Shown here in pieces: positions 12,512 through 25,189 of a stretch of 53,692 bases of DNA. The notes beneath the pieces are model-generated. The model saw only the letters and a program-made list of their open reading frames with translations. It searched no databases and was not told the DNA's origin. The position numbers and the translations under genes are program-made. This DNA comes from Chromera velia (taxonomy: Eukaryota): assembly GCA_018398765.1 (NCBI GenBank), contig JAHBMJ010000216.1, positions 1 through 53,692 of the forward strand, given 5' to 3'. Positions within the stretch are counted from its first letter, which is position 1. Every line of letters starts with the position of its first letter.

Positions 12512-13434
12512 AGAGGCTGAAGGTTCTTGGGAGGCGTTTTCCTCTCTCTTGTATCTAATCTTTTACTGTCTATGTTCTCAACCTACCTGTACATGTCAGC
12601 GCCAGGACTGTGGAGCACTGCCTGGGAGTGGAAGTCACCCGCCGGACTCCCAGAGCCGAAGGGAGTCGCTGAGGTCTTCGTGCATGGGTACGCAGGAAAG
12701 TGGAGGAGTGACGGGTCCCCCGCACAGGCACCGGGAAGGAACGAGGGCGGGGAGGATGCGCTCTCTGGAAGGGGGGGGGAAGCTGGTGGCGCCGGCAGAA
12801 GAGGGTCGTCGTGCTTGATAGTCCGAGGGTGCGGTACAGAAACCGGCGGACCCTGAAGGTAAATACTACTACTGGTGCCGGTGCTGCCTCCAGGTGGGGG
12901 CGAACTTATGAGTGGCGGGACGGAGAGAGGATGAAGAGAAAGGGGACGCCGGGGAGCGACACCAGACGGCGGGGGGGTGGGAGTCTCTACTTCTTCCCTG
13001 TCTCTTTCTCTGCCTCTGGCGGTTTCGGTTCTTTTGGTTCGGCCTGAATGTGCCTCTGTCGTGCTGGAGCCGGAACGCTCCCTTGTCAGATCGACTTGGG
13101 GACCGCCTGGCACAGAGAGCCTCCCACCACTGGGTCTGCGAGACGGTCTCCGCGGCGGGTCTGGTAACCCTTGGGCCCGCAACCAGATCTTGAAGACCGA
13201 CGATCCCGGCTGAATCCGTCGATTGGCGACAGGCGCAAACGATCGGCCGCGGCTTGAGACGCTGCAGTCATCTCGTGTTTGAAAATCATGATACTGCTGC
13301 CTGAATTCAGGCGACGAGTGCTGGCCAAAGCTTTCCGGAGGGGGGCGAAATCTCGAAGACAATGATGAAGCGGGAGCGGAGGGTAAGTCTTCCGTCTCCT
13401 CTGTAGGTGGAGGAATGTTTGCCTGTTGAGACAT
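9435..13434 (-). CDS. Hypothetical low-complexity (polyQ, A/S/G/E/P-rich) protein, ~1227 aa, 2 exons
   Basis: Exon 1 is 13434-12587 (MSQQANIPP...ADMY, donor AG|GTAGGT). The intron 12586-12271 contains a (TG)n tract, a CTGAT branch-like motif and a GATGCAG acceptor. Exon 2 is 12270-9435 and joins in frame (phase 2) to the 906-aa ORF. It has CAG-encoded polyQ runs and two CxxC motifs (WTCERC, NTCWLC). No known domain was recognised. Confidence 0.75.
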
Positions 13435-15242
13435 GATAGGTGTGCAGGCACCCGAAACAGGTCTTTCCTATCTGTCCCTCTTCTTCTGCTTAAGTCTTGT
13501 GTTGTGGGACCGAAGGAAAACACACTCAACAGGGGAAGCAGCAGACAACCGCACGCAAAAGCGCTAGGGACCTCCAAGCATCCAGTTCATGAACAAGGAG
13601 GACCCTTGCACCTAGCGGCATCGCCTGCGCTTTGTTGGCTGGACGCTTCTACGTATGCAGCACATACATGCAGGTGTTGATGAATGGAATGAAAGAGCTG
13701 CTTGAGACCTTGCAAATCTTCACGGATTCTCAAGACAGAAGTGAATTTCGATCAGACGGATTTCTGGAAAAAGTGGGACAGAAATTGAAAGACCGCGAGA
13801 ATTTTTTTTCACAAAGTGCCCCGTTCGCGAAAGAAGGTCCGATGCATGAATTCAGGATCGCTCGCACTCACTGTACGGTGCGGCCCAGAGAGTGGGCGCG
13901 CACTGCGCGCCGACGTATCGTGGTGGGTGCTCCCGTAGTGTCGAAAGGCCGGGGGGCACAAACAAAAGTTCTTATCCTTTATTATCCTTTGAACAGCGCA
14001 TTCCTCTTTTTGCAACATTGCTACACTCACAGAGTCGGGGAACGCACCAAGCGTTCACTCTATACTACAACAATTGCAGCAGATTGACTCATACGACTCA
14101 AGTCAAGTTGAGTTTTGAAGGAAAACGGCGTTCAAAAAGCTTCAGAGTATATATATACATGCGCAGGCCGTCTTATAGAGAAATTTTTATGTGTCGCTTA
14201 TTTAGTTGGGCCCGAATGGCAACTATGTGCGCACGATTCGCGGCACGAATCAACATTGGGCGTTATAGTACAGTAAGATTTGGACCCAAAATGCAAATTT
14301 CTGCACAGGTGGTGCCCACGCAGTCAGATCCAGACGCGAATATAGTATAGTAAGATATGGCCCCGTAAATCCGAAAAGTGTGAAGAGTGCGAAAGATGTG
14401 GCTCTTACCGAAATTTGGCTAGCACGTCTCTCATCGTCTCTCACCATCTCTCACCTCACAAGCCGTCCAAACTTCGTCTCAGATCACGCATGACATTCCC
14501 TGACATCGGCCGGCAGTGTCACTTGTATATGCAGGCGCTTGCAGATCCGAAGTTTCTTCCTGTTTTTCTGACCTCCCTACTCACCACGCCCAATGTCGGA
14601 AAGCGAGACTGTCTGGTGTGCTGGAGACTAGGCTGGAGATCAGTGGTCACCCGGTCCTCAAACGTGCGAGTAGTAAACTGATCTGATCCCTGCTCTCGTG
14701 CGTGCCGTGTCACTATCGCTGTCTCAATCTGCCCTCATTGAATCGACTACGTGTTCGAAATAGAAATAACCCGAAGAATGGCAGCGCGGCACGCGCCAGG
14801 CACAGGCTGCTCACGAAGTCTGTGTCGGCAGTGTCCGCTTTTTGTGTGCCTTCTCTTTCTTCTGAATGCCTTCATTGGAATGGTAAGCCTCGTTTTCCGT
14901 CACCCGAGCTCTGCATAGGGTTGTGTGTGCGTGCTTTCATCACATTTTGTCGCGTGTACAATCTGTGCAGACAACTCGCCTGAGTCCACGGGGGGCTCCT
15001 GTGACGGGGGACCTTTTGCCGTCTCGTGGCTTTTCTTCTTCACTCTCCAAGTGGGGACACGTTCTGACTGCCGGTTTCCTCTCCTCAAGCCCTGGAAGAA
15101 GTAGGGGAACTTTGCGGAAAGGCAGGAATGTGCAAGGCCGGTTTGACGGGCCCTCCTCCTCTCCGATCTCCCCTCTATGTGGTCACAGAGTGGTCTTCTC
15201 CGACCAACAGCCCAAGAAAGCCACCAAGACAGAACCTGCACC

Positions 15243-17168
15243 ATGGGACGACGGAAGGAAGGCAATAAGTATCGAGTGGAAGAGGAGTCCACTGAAGAAC
15301 TGGCACCCACGACCTCGAGGGGCAGCTTCGATGATTACCCTCCCTCAAGGTTCGTGCGTTCGACATGCCTGCCCTCTTCCAATTCCGTTCTCCTTCCCTC
15401 CTTCTCTTTTCGGTTCTCTTTTTCCCCATACTTTCAAAGCGCAGCGCATTGAGAAAGACTTCTGATGGGAAAGATCTGGCACTTGAATGGATGTGCTGCT
15501 CTGTGCCAGAAAGGTCGCTCTGTCCGGTGTGCTGGTTAGCTGGAAAAGGGCGGCCGGCTTGGTCTGTTGGAGTAACTGCAGACCCACGTCGCCGGCCCGC
15601 CAGCTCGCTGGCTGAAAGTCTCTATGAACCCCCCGCTCCATGTTTTTGTTCCTCGGTCTCTTTCTCCTCTTCCACTTCTCACCTTTAATTGCTCGCGTTC
15701 CTTTACTTTCTTTCTGTCTTCGCGTTTAATGATCGTTACTGTCCAATCGTTCCATGCGTTTGGTTGTCCATCCATCCATCCATCCATGCATTAGTTAATT
15801 CATCTGTCCTACCCCTGAGCTCCTCATGCAGACCACGAGTTTGACGTTCTTCTCTTCGGAGGATACCTGACTAACGACCCCGGTGCTCAAAAAGAGGCAG
15901 ACGCTTTTGTTCAGGGAGACGGTCGGTTACCGTCGACGGGGCGAGGGAGGCAAGGCTTCGCGAATGAGCAAGACGCAGATTCTGCATCTGAAAGATGAAT
16001 GGGGTTAGGTCCTCTTTTTGTCGCTGCCAGAGAGGAGGGAGACGACTGGGACGAAAATCGAAGGAAAGAGGAGAGAGGAGCCGAAAGAAAGACCGAGACA
16101 AAAACGAGCCGAAAGAAAGGAACGGAAGAAACCGAAGACCCACCCCGTCTCTCTCACTCACTCAGATAGATCATCTTTCCTGCCGATAATAGCTTTGCCA
16201 CCCTTTCATATCGAGCGAGCGGTACCATTCCTGAGAGGAATCAGAAAAGAAAACAGCGAAGGATTTTGCAAACTTTTCTTTATCTCCCTCTCTCACACAC
16301 ACAGAGGGGGCTGTTTGCTCCAGTCATACCTTTGCGTCTGCTTAGGACCTTTCCTGCAAAGCACACAGGCAGGAAGGAAGGAAGGAAGGAAGTCGATGTT
16401 CATTCTAAGTAAGTAAGAAAGAAAGAAAGAAAGAAAGAAGGCGTCCAGTCTCCCAACTGTTTCCATTTTTGCTTCCTTCTGTGTTCGTTCGTATCTGGAC
16501 GGACGGACGGACATCCATGCATCCATCCATGCATGCGTCAATGCAGGTCCCACCGGTTTGGTCGGAAGTTTGCCTCCAGGGACCACCACCAGTTGTTTGT
16601 GGGGCTACAAAGTGGCGACAGACACTTGGACCCGGCTAGAGGACGAGAACGACGAGAGGGTGAAGGCCCGATTGAGGCCGGAGCCGCGAATGATGTGCGG
16701 TATGGGTAAGTAGAGTAGAGTAGAGTAAAGGAGTAGAGGATCGATCATGAGATTCTTAATTCTTGTGATTGCATGAATGAGGATTTGAAAAAAGACAAAA
16801 AAAACAGAAAAAGACAAAGGCAGCGTCAACCAACCTGTCCCATCCACCCAGTCTTCCCCTCCCCAGAAGCTCTAAGTCCCGAAGAAAAAGGAGGAAACAA
16901 CCAAGAAAGGAAGGCTAAACAAAACGGAGAGAGCTGGATTTCCGACAGGCAGCCAGTCAGAGAGACGAATGAGTAGCCACACGTTGAGGCTGACACACAT
17001 GCATACACACAGACAGGGAAGGGGGACGCTGCAGATAGGCACAAAAGGCTCAACCGTATGCATGCAGAGACGGACAGACACACAGACAAACAGGGCTAAG
17101 ACTCACTCCCGGGTGTGATGGAATGAGAGAGTACCTCGTGCATGGGATAAAAAAAAATCACTTAAGAA

Positions 17169-17199
<31 letters not shown>

Positions 17200-18390
17200 T
17201 CGGGAAGAGATGGAATGATGCATTGCATGGTGCCCTCTTTCGTCTCTGTATCGCTAGTCTTCGTTCAACAATATATTCTCTTGCATTAATCAATTCTCCT
17301 GATTGCTTCAATGACTTCCCTCCTGTCCTTTCTTGCTCTGCTGCAGTGCTCGTCGGTCGGAAGGTCTGGTTGGTCGGTGGGTGGGATCCCTGCAGCGGCC
17401 ACGGGGAGAAGCATTGCCTTTCTGATGTCTGGACGCTCGATATCGACACATGGGAGTCAGTCAGTCAGTCAGCCGGCCGTCTAGACTGCTCACTCCTGGG
17501 AAGAAAGGAATGGAGGCCTGTTTGTTGGAAGGAAGAGAGTGTGAATCTGGCTGGGGGGGGCCTTGCTTTGTTTTGTTTCTCGATGGGGGGATGGACAATG
17601 TCTTTTTCCACTAGTCACAAGCTCCCTCCATGCAGTTCCCTCCCTCCCTCCCTCCCTCCCTCTCGGTGTTCCCTTCTGTGTGTGCGTGCGTCATGAGTGG
17701 ACGGACGGACCCTCTTCCTCCCTCCCTGTCTCCCCCTGCATGTTTTCCCCCTGCATCGTTCATCCAGCTAGAAGAAAAGAAGAATTGGAGGGAAGCGGTA
17801 GGGAGGCGAACGTTCAAATAGTGTGGTGGTGGTGCTGCCGGACGTCTTTCTCCCAAGAGTCACTCCGGTGTATCCATCTTTGTGCATGCCTGGCTGCTTG
17901 GGAATGAGTGACTGACTGACTGCAGGTGGAATCTTGAGCCTGTGGCGCTCCCCTGGGGCCCGATGTCCCGATTTCAGATGGTCGAAATAAGGGGCAAAAT
18001 CTACATCCACTCCTATAAGTCAGTCAGTCAGTCAGTCAATCAGTCACTCAGTCAGTCAGCAGTGAAAGCGTGGGCAGCACAAAGAGCTGTTAATTGAGGT
18101 AGAAAAAAAGAAATGGGAGGGACGACTGAGAACGAAAGGAAAGGGGGCGGCACCAACGTCGAGCGAGCAAGCAGATAGATTTGCAAACCCAGCACGATGT
18201 GCGATCGAGGAGTGACGTGGGGGGCATATCAGTGGACGGTGTGCGAGGGAGGGATTGCGCCGGAGGAATTGGAGGGAGCGGCTGGATACACCGGATCAAC
18301 GGAGGAGGAGAAGAAACTGTATGAGGCAATACATCGGGCCGATGAGCGCGACCGACTGAACGGCAAAAAGTGGAGCGCGCGCGCGCGCAT

Positions 18391-18421
<31 letters not shown>

Positions 18422-20154
18422 TGAACGAAAGGAGAGGTCCCGGCCGGCCCCTGTGGGAGGAAAGCGAGGGAGGGAGTGAATATGAAAAGAGAGAACTGAT
18501 GTTTCTTTCTTTGTGGTTAATTCGCTGGCTGGATGGGTGGGTGGAAGGACGTTTAGCTGGTGGGAGTGGGTGGGTACTGGTGTCCGCCATTCCATTCCGT
18601 CTGTGGGGGAGGTGTCTCTGGATGCTTGTGCGGCTGCGTATGCTCGTGCTTGGTCTGCGCGACGCGTATCTACTCATTCTGTTTCCCGGCTGTCTGCTTG
18701 CAGAAACCGTTACAAGCTGTTAGGGATTGATCCTGAGACAAAGGAAACTTTCGTCCAAGAGGTAGGGGGGGGGGTATGGTAGAAGAGAGAAGAGAAAGAA
18801 CCCATCGAAGTATCGAAGAGATACTTCACGAGGGAAGAGCAGTGCGTGTGCGTGTATTTTCTCTTCTCTTCTTTCTGCATTCGCACCATTTGCCTGCCTG
18901 GCCACTGGAAGGGACTTCGTTTCTCTGGGGCATTTTTCTTTCAGGAGGAGTGACTGCTCATGTCCTTTGGCAATCACTCTCTCTGTCTGCATTGCCCGAG
19001 TTCCTGCCTCTCGATCTCTCCATACGCACCCGTCTCCTTCTGCATATGTGTGGGTCGCCTTCTTCCGATGCTGCACTGCAGACGCGCAACCTGAACGCTC
19101 GATTGGAACCCCCAGTGAGATGGTCTCACAGCATGACGAAGGCCCTTGTGCCTGTGAGGGATGAGGCTGGGAACAAGATCCCAGGGCAATTTGAAGAGCG
19201 GCTGTTTGTGTTTGGAGGGACCGGAGTGAAGGGCAAATTGCCCGAGGACGTGTGGACCCTCAGCACCCGGACATGGTTGTGGAAGCGCGTGCGCACGCGG
19301 TATGACATGCCCCTGGAGTGCGCGAAGCTGGAAGGCGTACGTCGTGCGATTCTGGAAGAGGCAGAGGACGGGCAGCTCGATATTGACGAGGAGGCGCTGG
19401 ACGACTATTTTGATGAAGACATGTGCAGGTCTGTCTGTCTGTCTGTCTCTCTGTCAGAAACATAAAGTCTGTCTGTCGGTGTGTTTGTTGCCCTCTCTCT
19501 CTCTCGAGTGCAGACGAAGAAAACTAGTGGATCAGATTTCGTGACCAACACACCGTCTGACAAACGAAGGAGGCATAACGAGAGCAAAGAAAGGGATGAA
19601 GAACGGAAGGAAGGAAGGCAGGAAAACACACAGAAGAGAGAGAGAGAGACAGAGAGAGAAAGAGAAAGGGAAGGAAGGACCAACGAGTCGGTGGACAAAA
19701 GAGATAAGAGATGGCCTGCGTGGGATTTCATTTCAATCGGGAGAGAGGAAGAGATGGAAATTAAGCAGAATAAAGTATTCTTTCACCGTTTCCTTCCTCT
19801 TTGGATTAGCAGTTTGAGCTACTCGCTCTCTCTCTGGATTGGTATTCGAGTGTCCGTCTGCTGACGGTCGTTACTCGCTGGAAGCAGACTTTTCAATCCA
19901 CTCAATCTGACGCCCTCAGTGCGAATGGCCCGGAAAGCGAAATGAACTTGTTTTTGCAACTCGCAGAAGTTTGTTAAGTGCCCCCTCAGCTGGATTTGCG
20001 CTTTCCGTAGATTTTGCGTGTGTCAAATCTTTTTGTCAACGTCAGGCGACATCATCATCCACGCGGTCTGAGGGGAGCAATTTTTGTTAAGTGCCCTCTT
20101 AGCTTCGCTTTCCGGGCCATAAACCTTGTTTCCTGCCTGCCTCCCTGTCTTGTT

Positions 20155-20185
<31 letters not shown>

Positions 20186-21710
20186 CTGTGTGCGTGTGCA
20201 TTTGAGAAAAAGCAGACCGCCTCAGCTGGGGAGACAGGGACACCAGGCAGTTCCTCTTGCGGGAGGGAAACGCATACTCTTCTGGGGGGGGGCGCAGAAG
20301 CACGAACGTCAGTGTGTGGGTGAATGGATGGGTGTGGGGGGCTCGGTGAATCACTGTGCTTCCACAAAAAGAAACTGTCCCGATGCGGATTACAATCACT
20401 CATCAGTGACTGATGCCAATCCATCAACTTTCTCCTGATCTGGAAACACGCCTGTTTTCTTTTTTTCTTTCTCTCACTCTCTCTCCCTTTGTGCGTGTGT
20501 GTGTGTGTGTCTGTCTGTCTGTCTGAAAGAAAGGAAGAGAAAAAGGAAAGAAAAGACGATATAGTCTGTCTGTGTGTACCGTCGTGATGGTCTTTTTGTT
20601 CGCTTTGTCTGTTTCTCACAATCAGTTGGGCATCTTGCTTGCTTTGATGTGCTTTATTTATTTCTGCAGTCGACTCGCACTCATTTCTTCTTCCTTCTGG
20701 CGACGAAGAGGCGCTTGTGCTAAATCTCCAGACGCGTCCGTTCTCCTGGCAGAGAATTCGTTTGCACGGAGCCACACACCACAATGCCGCTTTTCCACCC
20801 GAAACCCCGCGACCGATTTCGGCTCTCCACCCAGGACCCAGGGCTTTTCATTCGTTAGCAGCAGTGCGCCCCCCCCAGTGGGGAACCATCGGTTCGGCTG
20901 CCGCTAGTGATGAGGGCAGGAGAGAGGGGGGAGCGGCGAAAGAGAGGGGGGAGTGGCTTGTATTGTACGGCGGCTGGTGGAGGTCGGTTGGCGGGCAATT
21001 TGCCGTTGCATGGCCTTCATCGCCTTTTCTCTTTCCTCGCTCCGTCTTTGTATATGCAGTTGTATATCAAGGGCGGTCAGATGTCTGCGGACTACTCCTA
21101 TGTGAAATTCCGTGGGTAGAGAATGTCTGGAATGGGCACGTACAATCAACTATGCACTACTGTGACCGTGTCAGAAAGAAAACAGACTGTCTGTTCCGTC
21201 TATTCATTCAGAGTGCACCGACGATGACAGCAGGCAGGCAGGCAGGCACCACAATGAGGAGGGAGGGACCTTCATTCCGGCCGAGCATACTTGCAGCGTG
21301 CGTAACCCACCCCTTTTTCTGTCTGTCTCATGTAAGTAAGTATACATGCACACACAATGATCGACAACGTCTGTATCCATGCATGCAGGTATAAAGTGAC
21401 ATACCAAGACACCTGGGTGGGGTATGTCGAGTTTACCAGTGACGAAGAGACCAGAGAGGAAGAGGAGGAGAGAAGCGCGGAGGAGCTAGAAGAGCGGGGC
21501 GAGCGCGAGCGGAGATTCATTTCGCTTGTTTCAGAGAGTGGGGGCTTTCCCGAGACAAACTTGAAGTCGGCGCCTTTGCCGGTGTCCTCTGCAGGGGAGG
21601 AGTCGGAGGGGGGGCGCGAGGGGTCGGGAAATGGAAAGGGGGGGGGGGAAACGGGGAAGGGAGTTGGCAGTGAAAGAGAAATTCGCGAAGTTGTATCGCG
21701 ACAGCATTAG
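15243..21710 (+). CDS. Kelch-repeat (beta-propeller) protein, ~620 aa, 11 exons
   Basis: Phase-consistent exons: 15243-15349, 15445-~15617 (donor uncertain), 15832-15921, 16547-16705, 17347-17455, 17926-18018, 18704-18761, 19082-19428, 20216-20307, 20670-20982, 21389-21710. Kelch blades: VLLFGGY...LWGYKVATDTW; PEPRMMCGMVLVGRKVWLVGGWD...LSDVWTLDIDTWEW; VRWSHSM...LFVFGGTG...EDVWTLSTRTWLW; GRQGHQAV...ILFWGG; PGPRAFHSL...LVLYGGWWR...YQDTW. The 5' end is less certain. Confidence 0.85.
19925..20120. mobile_element. MITE-like element (196 bp) in a Kelch gene intron
   Basis: Perfect 17-bp terminal inverted repeat ATGGCCCGGAAAGCGAA (19925-19941) / TTCGCTTTCCGGGCCAT (20104-20120). Internal direct repeat TTTGTTAAGTGCCC near 19970 and 20083. 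The element lacks SSRs, unlike the surrounding intron. The TSD is ambiguous (possibly AT). Confidence 0.6.
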
Positions 21711-23918
21711 ACGAGTTTGTATGCAGGAAGAAAAGGAGGGTGGGGGAAGCGAAGGAGTGGAGAGATGTAGTGATTACGTTGAATTCTCCTTTTGATGCCC
21801 CTTGACAGGCATCAAGATCAAGATGAGTCTTTGATCATTTGATTTGGGCTCTCTCCAAGTTCGTTTTTCCTTTACAAGAACGAAAGAAAGGTCGTCTTTT
21901 GACCCTCTGGTGAAGAGAAGGGGGGGGGGGGAAGAAGATGGGGTTGTTGTTGGGGGGGTAGACGCGGTCTATATGTGGTCACACGCGGCGGCGTCGGTAT
22001 CGGCTCTGTGTTGCTGTGTGATTGATGCATCCAAAAGAAGGCGGCAAGCGGAAAGGTGAAACGGCAGACTGATGGTTGATTGATGGACCGCTATATCTGT
22101 CCATCCATCGACATTCATTTCTTTTCAGTGGAGTGGGTGAGGGGCGAAGCCAGAAAGAAGCCAACTCCGTGCAGGCCCCCAAATCAATCAATCAATCAAT
22201 CAATCAATCGCGCAGTCGTTCGTCCGTTTGTTGTGGGCTTGCACCGATGGGGTGAATGGTTGGGTTTGATTGTCCTTTTCAGAGAAGAGGTGGGGGGGGG
22301 AAAGAGAGAGTTTTCTTCTTGTTACTTTCCCTCCCTTTTTCGTTATCGTCTGTTCGTTTTCAATGAGGCGTGTGTGCCAGCGTGCCCACTGACTGAGTGA
22401 TGCAGTGAGTGCATGAGTTTTGTAGCTTCTAGCTGTGGTCGGTGGGTGAGTGGGGGGGGGGGGGGGGGGGGGGGGAGGCCCTGGAAGGGCTTGTGCATTG
22501 ATTGATCTTCTGTTTGTTCTTTCTTCCTCGTCTTGAAGGTTTTGGCTTTTAATTGGTGGGTGCAAAGAATTTGCATTCATCGCTCTCTGGCACGTTTGTA
22601 AAAAGAAGGAAATTTGTGACCGGTGGAAGGCGAGGACTGTAGAGCAGTTGCGGCTTTTCTGCCTGACTGACTGACTCTTCTTGCCTTCTTTTCTGTCTGT
22701 TTGCCTGATTCTGTATTCTGTATTCCTTCCCTCTCCTGTCTCGTCAGGCGCAGTGAAGGAAGCGAGGAAGGAAGGAAGCCACTTGGATTTGGGTGGTGGA
22801 ATTCAGGCCGTGGTAGTTGTGCTCATTTTCTCTTCTCTTCTCTTTCTTCTTGCTTCTTCGTCTTCCACTCTCTCGCACTCTCTTCTCTCTATCCGTCTCC
22901 ATGCATGCATAGACTGACTCGTCCCTTTCCCCCTCCCTCTAACGCTGTCATGTCCTGCCGTGTCTGGACTCTGGATGGATGGATTGATCATAAAAGGAAG
23001 GAATTTAACGATCGAATGAGGGGGGGGACTGGCGACCCTCCGACTGCCTACCTGGATTGGTGACTGCCTGATCGGGAAGTTCGAGAAGGAAAGCTCGCTG
23101 TCTGTCTTCTGCCAGACTGGCTGGCTCACTCACTCACTCACTCACTGACTGTCTTCAATCTTCGGGTTTTGTCTATGAGGAGGGAGTTTTTTCTTACACA
23201 TGCTGTCTTTACTTTTCTTTTCTTTTCCTTTCTTTCCTTTGGTTGTCTGGAATTTCTTGCGGTCACTGTGACGTCCCTTCCCCGTCCCTCCCAAATGTTG
23301 TTTGGAGGTGAAGAAAGTAAGCAGATCGTCTGTTTTTTTGTTTGTGTGGTCGGAGCCTTCGCTTTGTGTTGCTTTTGATCTATTCTGTTGGGCAAGTGAG
23401 TCTTCCGGAGAGCGGGGGACAGGGAGAAGAAGGAAGGCAGTCTGGTGGAGCGAAAAATATGGATCCTCCCTCCCTCCATGCACGTGGAAGGCAGGACAGA
23501 CGGATGGAATGGCAGGTCACCCACACGCCCTCGCAGAAAGGAAGAGAGGAAAGGAAGGACACATGGTGGGACGTAGGAATGTCACAAAGTATTACACGAG
23601 CTGTCTGTCCTCTTTGCTTTTTGCTGCCTTACTTTATTGTCTTCTCTCTCTAGCTTCACGTCCATTTTCCTTCCTTCTCCCTCCTTCTTCCCACCCCACC
23701 CAGGGTGGGATCTACGCGACTGTGTAGGCTCTCTCTCTCTCACTCTCTCTCTCTCTCTCTTCTGTCTCTCCGTCTCTGTCTGTCTTGATGTCATGGCAAC
23801 CTGCTTTGTTGTAACCATACACTTGGCCTTTTGGCCATCTGTCTGTGTGTCTGTCTGTCTGTCTGTCCGATGTCGAGGAGCTCACGTTGTGCCGTTGTCT
23901 CCTTTCTTCCACGTTGCG

Positions 23919-24133
23919 TTGGTTCATTTTGATGGAAGAAAAGAGACGAGATTGGTTCATTTTGATGGAAGAAAGGTTACGAGATTCGTTCATTTTGATG
24001 GAAGAAAAGACATGAGATTCGTTCATTTTGATGTAAGAAAAGAGACGAGATTCGTTCATTTTGATGAAAGAAAAGAGACGAGATTCGTTCATTTTGATGG
24101 AAGAAAAGACACGAAATTCGTTCATTTTGATGA
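23919..24133 (+). repeat. 33-bp minisatellite, ~6.5 copies
   Basis: Unit GTTCATTTTGATGGAAGAAAAGAGACGAGATTC recurs at 23922, 23955, 23988, 24021, 24054, 24087 and 24120 (the last is partial), with a few substitutions and no spacers. Confidence 0.95.
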
Positions 24134-25189
24134 GAAAGAAAAGAATGGATTTAATTGGAACCCCCGACGTTGCTCAAAGTGGAGTGACTTGACTGTGGTG
24201 TAGACCAAAGAGAAAGAAAGTGTTAATTGCGTTGGTTGGAGCTGGGCGCTGGGGTTCTTCCTTCCTCCCTTCCTTTTTTGAGTTGATGTATCAAAATGCA
24301 TCAACACTGCTTTCCTTTCCTCTTCACTCCTTAGCTTGATCAGCGCAATCAATCGCGGTGCCAATTGATTTCGTCATGCAGATTTACTTTATCTTCTTTT
24401 CGGGTGTTGTCTCGTCTTTTCATTCCGTCACTCGTTCTGCTTTCAGTCGGATCATTTCGTTGTGGTCAGGAGCGAGCTTCATTTTATGTGTTCGTGCACT
24501 GTCGTCGCACTGATTGGTCGGCCAACTTTAATTTCTTTCGCACCGGCATACAACCGCCCTCCTAGCTTGCTTGTTCTGTCTGTTGACAAAGTGTCTTTGA
24601 ATGTTGTGCGAGATTCGTTTGGCGCAGGAGGGGAGGCGGTCACAAATTGTACACTTAGACGATACACGCATGCACCCATTTCCATTAGGCCCGTGATCAC
24701 TCTCTGACCATTTGGTTTCCGCTTTAAGGTGCGTAGTGAACTGGTGATGAATTTGAGTGTGTTGTGCATGCGTGAAAGGGTGAGTGACTGAGGACCCCGA
24801 GAGTACACGGACGTGCATGCATGCGTGTTTGCGTTCATTTGTGGTGCATGCAGATCAACCGATCGGTCGGTCGATGCCGTGTGAACCCAGATCTATCGTG
24901 TAGGTTGCGTTTCCTCATGAATGCATGCAGGCTCGATCGACTGTTTGAATGTTTCAATGCCGCAATCCTTGTGGACTTTGTCATTTGGAGTGGCAGTGAG
25001 GCCCCGTGCTCTATCAAAAAGTAGTAGCACCACATTTAAACCAGCACGCTGACCTGTTGTTCTAGTTCCTTCGCTGACTTCCCCGCATGAGTGAAAAGTG
25101 TGGACTCTTTTAAAATTCGATGCGGATCGTGTATACATGATTTTAATGACAGAGCCTGAGTATTTATTACTGTGCAACCTGTTAGGCAA

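Noticed and set aside
13870..14420. Possible Tc1/mariner-like end (TACGGTGCGGCCCAGAGAGT) and imperfect repeats TATAGTA(C/T)AGTAAGAT
   Set aside because: I found no matching inverted terminus or TSD. It may be a TE relic or promoter DNA, but this cannot be supported.
21060..21119. Candidate Kelch exon after ATGCAG at ~21059
   Set aside because: In the required phase it hits a stop, whereas the 21389 acceptor continues the Kelch blade (GGWWRYKVTYQDTW).
23919..24133. CRISPR-like array of ~33-bp repeats
   Set aside because: The units are head-to-tail with no unique spacers, there are no cas genes, and the context is eukaryotic.
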